Source: Gemmatimonadota bacterium (GTDB taxonomy: Bacteria; Gemmatimonadota; Gemmatimonadetes; Gemmatimonadales; GWC2-71-9). From it: DNA of 44,700 nt. Below, piece after piece: positions 16,170 through 24,501 of the stretch. The notes under the pieces were generated by a model. That model ran no database searches. It saw only the letters and a program-made list of their open reading frames with translations, and was not told the DNA's origin. The translations under genes and the position numbers were made by a program. The first letter of the stretch is position 1; each line of letters opens with the position of its first letter. Location of the stretch: contig QHTP01000038.1 of assembly GCA_003220855.1 (NCBI GenBank), forward strand, positions 1-44,700, read 5' to 3'.

Positions 16170-16301
16170 CGCCGCCGCTGGGGCGATGAGGCGGGCTGGC
16201 TCGCCGGGCTCGCCTATGCCACCATGGTGCTGCCGCTCGCCTACGCCCGCGCGGCGATCTTCGACAGCACGCTCACCCTGTGCACGACCGCCGCCATCCT
16301 G
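16170..16301 (+). repeat. copy 1 of a 132-bp imperfect direct repeat inside the GT39 gene
   Basis: cgccgccgctggggcgatgaggcgggctggctcgccgggctcgcctatgcc...gccatcctg. 122/132 identical to 16769..16900 by my count. Confidence 0.85.
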
Positions 16302-16768
16302 ATCCCGCTGCTCGTGCTCGTGCCGCACGCGCTCGCGACCGGCGCGAGCGTGCGGCGTCTGTTCCCCTGGCGCGGCCTGGTCGCATTCGCCGCGATCGCC
16401 CTGCCCTGGTTCGTCGCCGTCTCGATGGCGCACCCCGACTTCCCGGGTTACGTCTTTTTGCGGGAGACGCTGGCGCGCTTCACGACCCGGAGCTTCCACC
16501 GCACCGCGCCGTGGTGGTACTACCTGCCGATCGTGCCAGTGGCCGCGTTTCCCTGGATCGTTCCAGCGCTCGCTCGCGTGCGACACTGGCGCGTCACCTG
16601 GGCCGCACGCCGCGACCCGGCCACCCACGAGCCGCTGCTCCTCGCCTGCTGGGTGATCGTGCCGCTGTTCTTCTTCACGCTCAACCAGTCGAAGCTGCCG
16701 CAGTACGTGCTGCCGCTCATGCCCGCATTCGCGCTCGCTGCGACGCGCAACCTGCTCGAGGGCGAGAA

Positions 16769-16900
16769 CGCCGCCGCTGGGGCGAGAACGCGGGCTGGCT
16801 CGCCGGGCTCGCCTATGCCACGACCGTGCTGCCTCTCGCCTACGCCCGCACGGCGATCTTCGACAGCACGCTCACCCTGTGCACCACCGCGGCCATCCTG
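16769..16900 (+). repeat. copy 2 of the 132-bp imperfect direct repeat inside the GT39 gene
   Basis: Offset of 599 bp from copy 1 (599 mod 3 = 2, which explains the frame change). The substitutions are mostly non-synonymous (GDE->GEN, TMV->TTV, ARAA->ARTA). Confidence 0.85.
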
Positions 16901-17311
16901 GGAACGATAGAAGATCAGCCCGCCGCCGCCTGGGCCGCCATGGCGGTGGGCGCCCTCACCAAGGGACCCCTGCTCCGCGCCGGCGGTACCGGTGCCGTGC
17001 TCGGCGTTCTGGCCTACCCGCCGTCGCTCCCCTTCTATCTCGGTCGCCCCGTGGCGGTCGCGACTCCCACCGGCGCCGAGCTCACGAGCACCTACATCGC
17101 GGACAACGTGGAGCGGTTGCGTGACGCCCCGGGATCGCCGCTGCTCCCCGCGGGCTACTGGCGCGAGGCACTGGCCCGCTGCCCCGTCCCCACCGTGTTT
17201 CTCGCGGGCGCCGGCAACCGCGAGGTGCGGGAGACTCTCGGCGCCGCCCTGCCGTTGCTCGCCGCGGACAGCCACTACGCGGCGTACGGGCCGTGTCGCC
17301 CTGCCCAAGCT

Positions 17312-17338
17312 CCTCAACCTCCTCAACCTCCCAAACCT
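17312..17338 (+). repeat. 3 x 9-bp tandem repeat (CCTCAACCT CCTCAACCT CCCAAACCT)
   Basis: Encodes PQPPQPPKP at the C-terminus of the GT39 frame, about 30 nt upstream of the asnB start. Confidence 0.7.
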
Positions 17339-17367
17339 CTCCGAGGCCGGGGAGGGGGCGGGCGGTA

Positions 17368-19098
17368 ATGTGCGGCATCTTCGGCGCCGTCTCGCTCTCC
17401 GGCGCCCCGCTCAAGCATCCCGGCTGCCTCGGCGCGATGGCCGCAGCGCTCGCGCACCGCGGGCCCGACGGCGAGCGGATCGTGGGGCACGAGCGCGCCC
17501 GCCTGGGCGCCCGCCGCCTCGCCATCATGGACCTGACGACCGGCGACCAGCCGTTCCAGAGTCCCGACCACACGATCTGGATGATCTGCAACGGCGAGAT
17601 CTACAACGCCCCGGCGCTGCGCAACGAAGGCACGCGCGCGGGCTATCCGTTCCGCTCGTCGGGCGACATCGAGACGATCGTGCCGCTATACCAACGGCTC
17701 GGCCTGGACGCGGTGGCGCGGCTCGAGGGGATGTTCGGACTCGCCCTGTGGGACGACGGGCGCGGGCGCCTGATCCTCGCGCGGGACCGCGCCGGCGAGA
17801 AGCCGCTGTTCTGGACGGAGGTGGCGGGCGAGGTGCGGTTTGCCTCCGAGGTGCAGGCGCTGCTCGTCTATCCCGACCAGCCGCGCCGCGTGAGCCCGCG
17901 CGCCGCCGCCCTGTATGCCGCCCTCGGCTACGTCCCCGCGCCGCTCACGATGCTCACGGGGATCTCCAAGCTCCCGCCGGCGCACCTGCTCGTCGTCGAC
18001 CGGAGCGGCGTCACGCTGCGCCGCTATTGGGATCCCGCCGCCGCGGCCGCCGCTCCGCCACGGCTCGATGGTCCCGCCGCGTTGCGCGACGTGCTGCTCG
18101 CGTCCGTGGAGCGTGAGCTCATGTCCGACGTGCCTGTCGGCGTATTCACGAGCGGCGGGCTCGATTCCTCGCTGCTCGCGGCGGCGGCGGCCCGCGTCAT
18201 GGCGGGCGAGCGTATCCACACCTATTCCGTGCAATTCGCCGAGCCCGGTTATGACGAAAGCGGCTACGCGGAAACGGTGACCCATTCGATCCGCACTATC
18301 CACCATGTCGTCACTGCGGACGGCCCCGCGCTCGCGCGCGCGTTCGACGTCGTCACGCGGTCGCTGGCCGAGCCGATGGGCGATCCCGCCATCCTGCCCA
18401 CCTTCCTCCTGGCCGAGGCGGCCCGCGAACATGTCAAGGTCGTGCTCTCGGGTGAGGGCGCGGATGAGCTGTTCGGCGGCTACCCCACGTACCTGGGACA
18501 CAAAGCAGCCGGGCTGTACCGGAGAATCCCCGGCCGGGCGGCGCTCGCCTGGATCGTGAATCAGCTCCCCACCTCGACGGGGAAGGTCACGATCGAATTC
18601 CTGCTGAAGGAGCTGGTGGCGGCGGCCGAGCTGCCGCCGCTCGAGCGGCATCTCACCTGGTTCGGCGCACTGGGGCCGGACGCGCGCACGGTCGCGTGGG
18701 GGAACGATCTGCTGGACGGGTTCCCCGGCGAGCCGTCGTTGAACCGTCTGCTCGCGGTGATGGAGCTGGCGCTGCCGCTGCCGGCGGCGCTCAAGGTGCG
18801 CGGCTTCACCACCAAGGCGATATTAAAGGAAGCGGCGCGGGGGCTGGTGCCGGGCGACGTGATCCGCCGCCGCAAGCGCGGCCTGTCGGTGCCGGTGGCG
18901 CGGTGGCTCAACACCGGTCTGGCGGCGCTCGCCGAGCGTCACCTCACGGCGCCCCGGCTGTTCCCGGGCGCGCCCACGGCGCGGCTGCTGGCCGAGCACC
19001 GGTCTGGTAAGCGGAACCACGCCCGCAGACTGTGGCCCCTGCTCATGGCGGAGCTGTGGGCGGAGCGCTGGCAGGTGGACACTGAGCCGGAACGATGA
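17368..19098 (+). CDS. asnB: asparagine synthase (glutamine-hydrolysing) family amidotransferase
   Basis: Starts MCGIFGAV (N-terminal nucleophile Cys2) and contains HRGPDG, the PP-loop FTSGGLDSS and LSGEGADELFGGY. GGAGGGGG lies ~11 nt upstream. TAATG overlap with the GT39 stop. Confidence 0.88.
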   Translation: MCGIFGAVSLSGAPLKHPGCLGAMAAALAHRGPDGERIVGHERARLGARRLAIMDLTTGDQPFQSPDHTIWMICNGEIYNAPALRNEGTRAGYPFRSSGDIETIVPLYQRLGLDAVARLEGMFGLALWDDGRGRLILARDRAGEKPLFWTEVAGEVRFASEVQALLVYPDQPRRVSPRAAALYAALGYVPAPLTMLTGISKLPPAHLLVVDRSGVTLRRYWDPAAAAAAPPRLDGPAALRDVLLASVERELMSDVPVGVFTSGGLDSSLLAAAAARVMAGERIHTYSVQFAEPGYDESGYAETVTHSIRTIHHVVTADGPALARAFDVVTRSLAEPMGDPAILPTFLLAEAAREHVKVVLSGEGADELFGGYPTYLGHKAAGLYRRIPGRAALAWIVNQLPTSTGKVTIEFLLKELVAAAELPPLERHLTWFGALGPDARTVAWGNDLLDGFPGEPSLNRLLAVMELALPLPAALKVRGFTTKAILKEAARGLVPGDVIRRRKRGLSVPVARWLNTGLAALAERHLTAPRLFPGAPTARLLAEHRSGKRNHARRLWPLLMAELWAERWQVDTEPER

Positions 19099-19685
19099 CC
19101 CGCGAAGAAGCGCTGGACCTGATGCACGAGCATACCAAATCCGCCTCGTTGCGCCAGCACATGCGGGCCGTCGAGGCGGCGATGCGTGCCTACGCCCGGA
19201 AGCACGGCGAGGACCCCGAGACGTGGGGGGTCGTGGGGCTGCTGCACGACTTCGATTACGAGCAATTCCCCAACCCCGAGCATTCGCCCACCCAGGGCCA
19301 TCCGTCGTGGGGCGTGCGCCTGCTGCGCGAGAAGGGTATGCCTGACGCGTTGTGCCGCGCGATCCTCGGGCATGGGACCTACACCGGCGTGCCGCGCGAT
19401 ACGCCGCTCGCGAAGACGCTGTTCGCGGTGGACGAGCTGTGCGGGTTCCTGGTGGCGTGCGCGCTGGTACGGCCCTCCCGGAGCTTCGCGGACCTCGAGG
19501 TGTCGTCGGTGAAGAAAAAGCTCAAGGACAAGGCGTTCGCGAAGGGCGTGAACCGCGACGAAGTGCGCCAGGGAGCGGAGGAGCTGGGAGTGCCGCTGGA
19601 CGAGCACATCGCCTTCGTCATCCAGGCGCTCCGTCCGGTGGAGGGCGCGCTCGGCATGGGCGCATCGACCGCGCCGGTGGGGTGA
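19095..19685 (+). CDS. HD/HDIG domain phosphohydrolase
   Basis: Reads MTREEALDLMHEHTKSASLRQHMRAVEAAMR...VVGLLHDFDYE...AILGHG. ATGA overlap with asnB. Confidence 0.8.
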   Translation: MTREEALDLMHEHTKSASLRQHMRAVEAAMRAYARKHGEDPETWGVVGLLHDFDYEQFPNPEHSPTQGHPSWGVRLLREKGMPDALCRAILGHGTYTGVPRDTPLAKTLFAVDELCGFLVACALVRPSRSFADLEVSSVKKKLKDKAFAKGVNRDEVRQGAEELGVPLDEHIAFVIQALRPVEGALGMGASTAPVG

Positions 19686-21118
19686 GCGCCTCACCCAGGG
19701 TGGCGGCGGCCGAGAATCGGGTCGCGCCCGCGCCGCCGAACGAGCTGAGCCGGGCGATCGACCGGGCGGCCGGTGCGCGGCCGATCGGCGGGAACCGTCT
19801 GGAGCATTACCCCGACAGCCCGCGTGCGCTCGATGCCATGGTCGCCGCGATCGCCGCGGCACGCGCTACGATCCACTTCGAGAATTACATCATCCGCGAC
19901 GACGCGACGGGCCGGCGCTTCGCGGAAGCGCTCGCCGAACGGGCGCGCGCGGGCGTACGGGTGCGCGTGCTGTATGACGCGCTCGGCTCGCTCGGCACGT
20001 CGCGTCGCTTCTGGCGCGGGCTGCGGCAGGCGGGCGTCGAGGTGCGGGCGTTCCATCCCCTGCTCGCGCCGCGCCCCTTCGAGCTGCCGCAACGCGACCA
20101 CCGCAAGTTGCTCGCCACCGACGGTGGGTGGGCCATGATCGGCGGTCTGTGCATCGGCGACGAGTGGGCGGGGGACCCCTCCCGCGGACGCCGGCCGTGG
20201 CGTGACACCATGGTGGCCGTCTCCGGACCGGCGGCCGCGGCGCTGGACGGCGCCTTCGCCCGCATCTGGACCCGCGCCGGGCCGGCGCTCCCGGCCGAAG
20301 AGCTCGCGTCCGATCCGGCGCCGTGCGGCAGCTCCATCGTGCGCGTGGTGGAGGGCATGCCCGGCCGGGCCCGCGTGTATCGCACCGTGGAGCTGCTCGC
20401 CGCGAGCGCCGCCGAGCGGTTGTGGATCACCGACGCTTACCTGATCGCCCCCGCGCCACTGTACGCCAGCCTGATCGACGCGGCGCGGAGCGGCGTGGAC
20501 GTGCGGCTGCTCGTGCCCGGGGCGAGCGACCTCCCCATCCTCCGCAATTTCACGCGGGTCGGCTATCGCGACTTGCTGCGCGCCGGCGTGCGCGTGTTCG
20601 AGTACGGGGGTCCGATGATCCACGCGAAGACCATGCTCGTGGATCGCCGCTGGGCCCGCGTCGGCTCGAGTAACCTGAACGTGTCGAGCCTGCTCACGAA
20701 CTACGAGCTCGACCTCGCGGCCGAGTGCGAGGCGCTGACGGGCGAGCTGGCCAACCAGTTCCGGCGCGATCTCGCCTCCAGCCGCGAAATCGTGCTGCAG
20801 GCCCGCCGGCGGTTGCTGCCGCCCCGGCTGGTGGACGCGCCGGCGGCGCAGAGCGAGCCCGCCGGAGACCTGCCGCACAAGCGCTCGGGGTACGAGCTCG
20901 GCGCGGTCGCGGTGGTGGCGTTGCGCCGCGTGGCGGGCGGGTTGCGTCGCGCCATCGCCTCGACCGCCGCGCTCGCCTGCGCCGGCGTCGGGATCCTGTT
21001 GGCCGCCTTCCCCCGTGTCATGTCCGGCGTGCTCGCGGCGGGAGCGTTCGCCCTGGCACTGGTGTTCGGGTGGTACGCCTTCGAGCGGCGCCGTGCCCGG
21101 GACGCGGACGATGGCTGA
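19682..21118 (+). CDS. phospholipase D / cardiolipin synthase family protein with C-terminal membrane anchor
   Basis: GTG start in GTGA overlap. Two HKD motifs (RDHRKLLATDG and IHAKTMLVDRRWARVGSSNLN). C-terminal hydrophobic segments AALACAGVGILLAAF and VLAAGAFALALVFGWYAF. Confidence 0.85.
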   Translation: MSASPRVAAAENRVAPAPPNELSRAIDRAAGARPIGGNRLEHYPDSPRALDAMVAAIAAARATIHFENYIIRDDATGRRFAEALAERARAGVRVRVLYDALGSLGTSRRFWRGLRQAGVEVRAFHPLLAPRPFELPQRDHRKLLATDGGWAMIGGLCIGDEWAGDPSRGRRPWRDTMVAVSGPAAAALDGAFARIWTRAGPALPAEELASDPAPCGSSIVRVVEGMPGRARVYRTVELLAASAAERLWITDAYLIAPAPLYASLIDAARSGVDVRLLVPGASDLPILRNFTRVGYRDLLRAGVRVFEYGGPMIHAKTMLVDRRWARVGSSNLNVSSLLTNYELDLAAECEALTGELANQFRRDLASSREIVLQARRRLLPPRLVDAPAAQSEPAGDLPHKRSGYELGAVAVVALRRVAGGLRRAIASTAALACAGVGILLAAFPRVMSGVLAAGAFALALVFGWYAFERRRARDADDG

Positions 21119-21695
21119 TCCCCAACCCCCCCAGCGGGCTGCGCGTATAGCTCAACAGGACGAGGCGGACCTAGTGACCCGGGCGGCCGCGGGGGACCGC
21201 GCGGCCTTTGGCGTGCTCGTCGAGCGCTACGCCGGCGTGGCGCGCCGCGTGGCCCGGGCGGTGCTCGGGAACCCCGAGGACGCGGATGACGCCGCTCAGG
21301 ACGCCATGCTGTCGGCGCTCGTGAAGCTCGACCAGTACGACCCGCGGCGTCCGTTCGGTCCCTGGCTGCTGCGCATCGTCTCCAACGCCGCGACCGATCG
21401 CCGCCGCCGTCGCACGGTGCGGCGCGTCGAGCCGCTCGACCCGGGGCTCGCGGCCGGCGGCCCCCGGCCCGACACGGCGGCCGAGCAGCGGGCGCTGGGC
21501 GAGCGGCTGCGGCAGGCGCTGGCCGAGCTGCCCGAGCGGCGGCGCGTCGCGGTCGTGCTGTTCGACGTGGAAGGCTACTCGCACGCGGAGATCGCAGCGG
21601 TGCTCGGTATCCCGGAGGGGACCGTGCGATCGGAGGTGTTTCACGCGCGGCGTCGGCTGCGCGCGTTGCTCGTGGACTGGAAGGAGGAGGCATGA
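21111..21695 (+). CDS. ECF-type RNA polymerase sigma-70 factor
   Basis: Starts MADPQPPQ. Region 2 is DAEDAAQDAMLSALVKLDQYDPRRPFGPWLLRIVSNAATDRRR and region 4 is LPERRRVAVVLFDVEGYSHAEIAAVLGIPEGTVRSEVFHARRRLR. 8-nt overlap with the PLD gene. Confidence 0.9.
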   Translation: MADPQPPQRAARIAQQDEADLVTRAAAGDRAAFGVLVERYAGVARRVARAVLGNPEDADDAAQDAMLSALVKLDQYDPRRPFGPWLLRIVSNAATDRRRRRTVRRVEPLDPGLAAGGPRPDTAAEQRALGERLRQALAELPERRRVAVVLFDVEGYSHAEIAAVLGIPEGTVRSEVFHARRRLRALLVDWKEEA

Positions 21696-22024
21696 AAGAA
21701 GCGATGCCGTTCGATCACCGACCCGACACGGCGCTCGGGGACGCGCTGCGACGGGCGCTGGACCCGGGTGACGCAGCCCCGTTCGTCGCGCGCGTGCTGG
21801 CGCGCGCCAGTGAGGTGCGTGTCGCCTCGTGGGATGCCGTGCTGGCCCGTTGGGCACGCGCCGGCGTTGCCGCCGCCGTGTTCGTGGCGCTCGCCGCCGG
21901 CTACCTGGTGGGCCGCGCCACCGCGGCGCCCGCCGCGCGGCCGTCGGTGTACGACGCGTTGATGGCGCCCCCGGCGCACCCTGGAGAGGTCGAGATCGTG
22001 CTCGCCTCCGTCATCGGCAATTAG
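21692..22024 (+). CDS. putative anti-sigma factor (single-pass membrane protein)
   Basis: ATGA overlap with the sigma gene. 110 aa with one TM (GVAAAVFVALAAGYLVG). Assigned by position and topology only. Confidence 0.55.
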   Translation: MKEAMPFDHRPDTALGDALRRALDPGDAAPFVARVLARASEVRVASWDAVLARWARAGVAAAVFVALAAGYLVGRATAAPAARPSVYDALMAPPAHPGEVEIVLASVIGN

Positions 22025-22037
22025 AGGAAGGGCCGCC

Positions 22038-22445
22038 ATGTTGAACCGTTCAATCACAAGGGCTGTGGCGCTCCTGGCCGCGACGTTCGGGGCCGGAGTC
22101 GCCGTCGGCGTCGGCGGCCGGGCGCTGTGGGTCCGCTACGCGTCCGCCGCCGCGCCCGAGCGGGCGCACGGCGTCGAGCGTCTCATGGCCGAGCTGAACG
22201 GCGAGCTGCGGCTCACGCCCCCGCAGCGCGACTCGGTGCACGCCATCCTGCAGCGCCACTACGCGCGCATGAGCGAGGCGTGGGAAATGGTGCGCCCCCG
22301 GTTCGACACGCTGCGCGCCGCCATGGATTCCGAGGTCTCGCGCCGGCTCACCCCCGGGCAGCAGGCCACCTACCGCGACCTTGTCGCCCGGCATCGGCAT
22401 CAGAGAGAACGGGCCAAGAGCGATTCGGGCGGACCAAAGAAATGA
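22038..22445 (+). CDS. periplasmic Spy/CpxP-like (LTXXQ motif) protein
   Basis: Signal/anchor AVALLAATFGAGVAVGV, two LTXXQ motifs (LTPPQRDSV, LTPGQQATY), helical and basic. AGGAAGG Shine-Dalgarno upstream. Confidence 0.6.
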   Translation: MLNRSITRAVALLAATFGAGVAVGVGGRALWVRYASAAAPERAHGVERLMAELNGELRLTPPQRDSVHAILQRHYARMSEAWEMVRPRFDTLRAAMDSEVSRRLTPGQQATYRDLVARHRHQRERAKSDSGGPKK

Positions 22446-23761
22446 CGCGCGTGCGGCGGGGCATCGTTGCGGGAATCTTCTCGGCGGCCGTCGCGACGGG
22501 GCTTGCTGGGCAGCAAGCGCCCGTCGTGCCGCAAGCCGCGCTCCAGATCACCCTCCAGGAAGCCGTGCGGCGGGCGCTCGACGTCCAGCCCGCGATGGTC
22601 CAGGCGCGCGGCGATCAGCGCAACGCGGGCGCGAGCGGGCGTAGCGCCTGGGGAGCGTTCCTGCCGACGGTGAACACCAGCGCTTCGGCGACGCGCAGCA
22701 ACCAGGCGCGCTTCGATCCGAACAGCAGCACCCAGGCGCTTCAGCCCGGGTACTCGTACGCAGGGGGTTTATCCGCGAGCCTCATCCTGTTCGACGGATT
22801 CAGCCGATTCGCCAATCTGCGCGTCGCGTCCGCCACGCAGGACGCTGCCGCCGCCGGGTTCGTAAACCAGCGCTTCCAGGTGACCGCAACGACTGCTCAA
22901 GTCTTCTTTACTGCCCTTGCGAATGAGGAACTGGTGCGCGTCGCTCAAGCTCAGGTGGAGCGTGCCAAGGCGGAGTTGCAGACAGCCGTGAACAAGTTCC
23001 AGGCTGGGGCCGCCACACGCTCGGACACGCTGACGTCCACCGTCGACCTCGGCAACGCACTGCTCGCCCTGCTCCAGGGACAGGCCAATCTCGCCACGGC
23101 CCAGGCCAATCTCGGACGTCAGGTCGGCGTGGACCAGCTCGTACGCGCTGTGCCGGACTCGGCGTTTCCACCGCTCCCGGACACGACCACGCTGCGCCCC
23201 TCGGTGCTCCAGACTGCGCCCCTCGTCAGGCAAGCCGAAGCCCAGGCGAGCGCCGCAGGTGCCCAGGTGTGGAGTACCCGATCGCAATACTGGCCGTCCG
23301 TGATCCTGTCCTACAACAACAACCGCACCGGCACCGGCTCCCCCCAGCTGCCGTTCTTCAATGGCTACCTGGAGACCTTCACGTGGCGGTTCGGTCTGTC
23401 GTGGACCCTCTTCAACGGCTTCGGGCGTGAGCAGGCCCAGGTCTCCGCGAGCGTTCTGCATGACGTCGCCCTGGCCCAGGCGGCGGACGCGCGCCGGCAA
23501 GTGAATGCCCAGTACACCCAGCAGCTCGCCGCTCTGTTCACTTCCTGGGCCCAGATCGCCATCGCCGGCGCGGACGTCGCCGCCGCCACCGAAGCCGTCC
23601 GCGTCCAGCAGGAGCGCTACCGCCTCGGCGCGGGCACGCTGCTCGACCTGCTCACGGCCCAGGCCAACCTCACGCAGGCGCAGGTCAGCCAGGTACAGAG
23701 CCGCTACAACTATCTGATCGCCCGCGCGCAGCTCGAGGCGATCGTGGGGCACGCGCTATGA
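22442..23761 (+). CDS. TolC family outer membrane efflux protein
   Basis: Starts [25 protein letters not shown] (signal). Contains [21 protein letters not shown], a duplicated alpha/beta repeat structure, and ends ..[19 protein letters not shown] overlap on both sides. Confidence 0.88.
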   Translation: MTRVRRGIVAGIFSAAVATGLAGQQAPVVPQAALQITLQEAVRRALDVQPAMVQARGDQRNAGASGRSAWGAFLPTVNTSASATRSNQARFDPNSSTQALQPGYSYAGGLSASLILFDGFSRFANLRVASATQDAAAAGFVNQRFQVTATTAQVFFTALANEELVRVAQAQVERAKAELQTAVNKFQAGAATRSDTLTSTVDLGNALLALLQGQANLATAQANLGRQVGVDQLVRAVPDSAFPPLPDTTTLRPSVLQTAPLVRQAEAQASAAGAQVWSTRSQYWPSVILSYNNNRTGTGSPQLPFFNGYLETFTWRFGLSWTLFNGFGREQAQVSASVLHDVALAQAADARRQVNAQYTQQLAALFTSWAQIAIAGADVAAATEAVRVQQERYRLGAGTLLDLLTAQANLTQAQVSQVQSRYNYLIARAQLEAIVGHAL

Positions 23762-24501
23762 CGAGCGTCGAGTTGACCACGTTCCGCACCGGCGACACGC
23801 CGCTGCCCGACGTCGTGATCCTCACCCACAAGCTGACGCGCGACTACGACATGGGGGGCGAGGTGGTGCGCGCGCTGCGCGGCGTGAACATCCAGATCAA
23901 GCGCAACGAGTTCGTGGCCGTCATGGGCCCGTCGGGCTCCGGAAAGTCCACGCTCATGAACCTGATCGGCTGCCTCGACACGCCGACGGCGGGAGAATAC
24001 TGGCTCAACAGCCAGAAGGTGAGCGATTTGTCGGACGATGAATTGGCCCGGATCCGTAACAAGGAGATCGGGTTCGTGTTCCAGACGTTCAACCTGCTCC
24101 CCCGGGCAAGCGCCCTCCACAACGTGGAGTTGCCGCTGATCTACGCGGGGATGCCCGCGCGCGCGCGGCGCGAAAAGGCCGCGCAGGCGCTGGAGCACGT
24201 CGGCCTCGGCGACCGCATGGAGCACCGCCCCAACGAGCTGTCGGGGGGTCAGCGCCAGCGCGTCGCGATCGCCCGCGCCCTCGTGAACGACCCGTCGATC
24301 CTGCTCGCCGACGAGCCCACGGGCAATCTCGACTCGGCCACCGGCGAGGAGATCATGAAGTTGTTCGAGCAGCTGCACGACACCGGCCAGACCATCGTAC
24401 TGGTGACGCACGAGTCAGACATCGCCGCGCACGCGCTCCGCCAGATCCACCTGCGCGACGGCCTCATCGCGCGCGACGAGAAAATGGAGCGGGTGACGTG
24501 A
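23758..24501 (+). CDS. ABC transporter ATP-binding protein, MacB/LolD-type (separate ATPase subunit)
   Basis: Contains [46 protein letters not shown] and VTHE. Confidence 0.92.
   Translation: MTSVELTTFRTGDTPLPDVVILTHKLTRDYDMGGEVVRALRGVNIQIKRNEFVAVMGPSGSGKSTLMNLIGCLDTPTAGEYWLNSQKVSDLSDDELARIRNKEIGFVFQTFNLLPRASALHNVELPLIYAGMPARARREKAAQALEHVGLGDRMEHRPNELSGGQRQRVAIARALVNDPSILLADEPTGNLDSATGEEIMKLFEQLHDTGQTIVLVTHESDIAAHALRQIHLRDGLIARDEKMERVT

Larger units (their letters stand above)
15840..17368 (+). pseudogene. GT39 / ArnT-PMT family glycosyltransferase, no canonical start and internally rearranged (two frames)
   Basis: Frame 0 reads ..LLLLLLACIALGWNLNGYRLLDPDEGRNAEVAREMARTNDYLVPHLDGLPYLDKP...PWWYYLP...[15 protein letters not shown] and stops at 16910. 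Frame 2 from ~16769 reads [16 protein letters not shown]...[43 protein letters not shown]... to the stop at 17368. The 5' boundary is uncertain: no ATG/GTG/TTG in frame before GTG 15975. Confidence 0.7.

Noticed and set aside
8427-23761. N-terminal extensions of several track ORFs (8427, 9002, 11254, 19352, 21015, 22127; also 32458..33882, 35225 and 36207..37106)
   Set aside because: The extended parts overlap the preceding genes in another frame and read as low-complexity R/A/G/P text. Internal starts with 1-8 nt overlaps or Shine-Dalgarno sites give family-typical N-termini, so the shorter coordinates were used.
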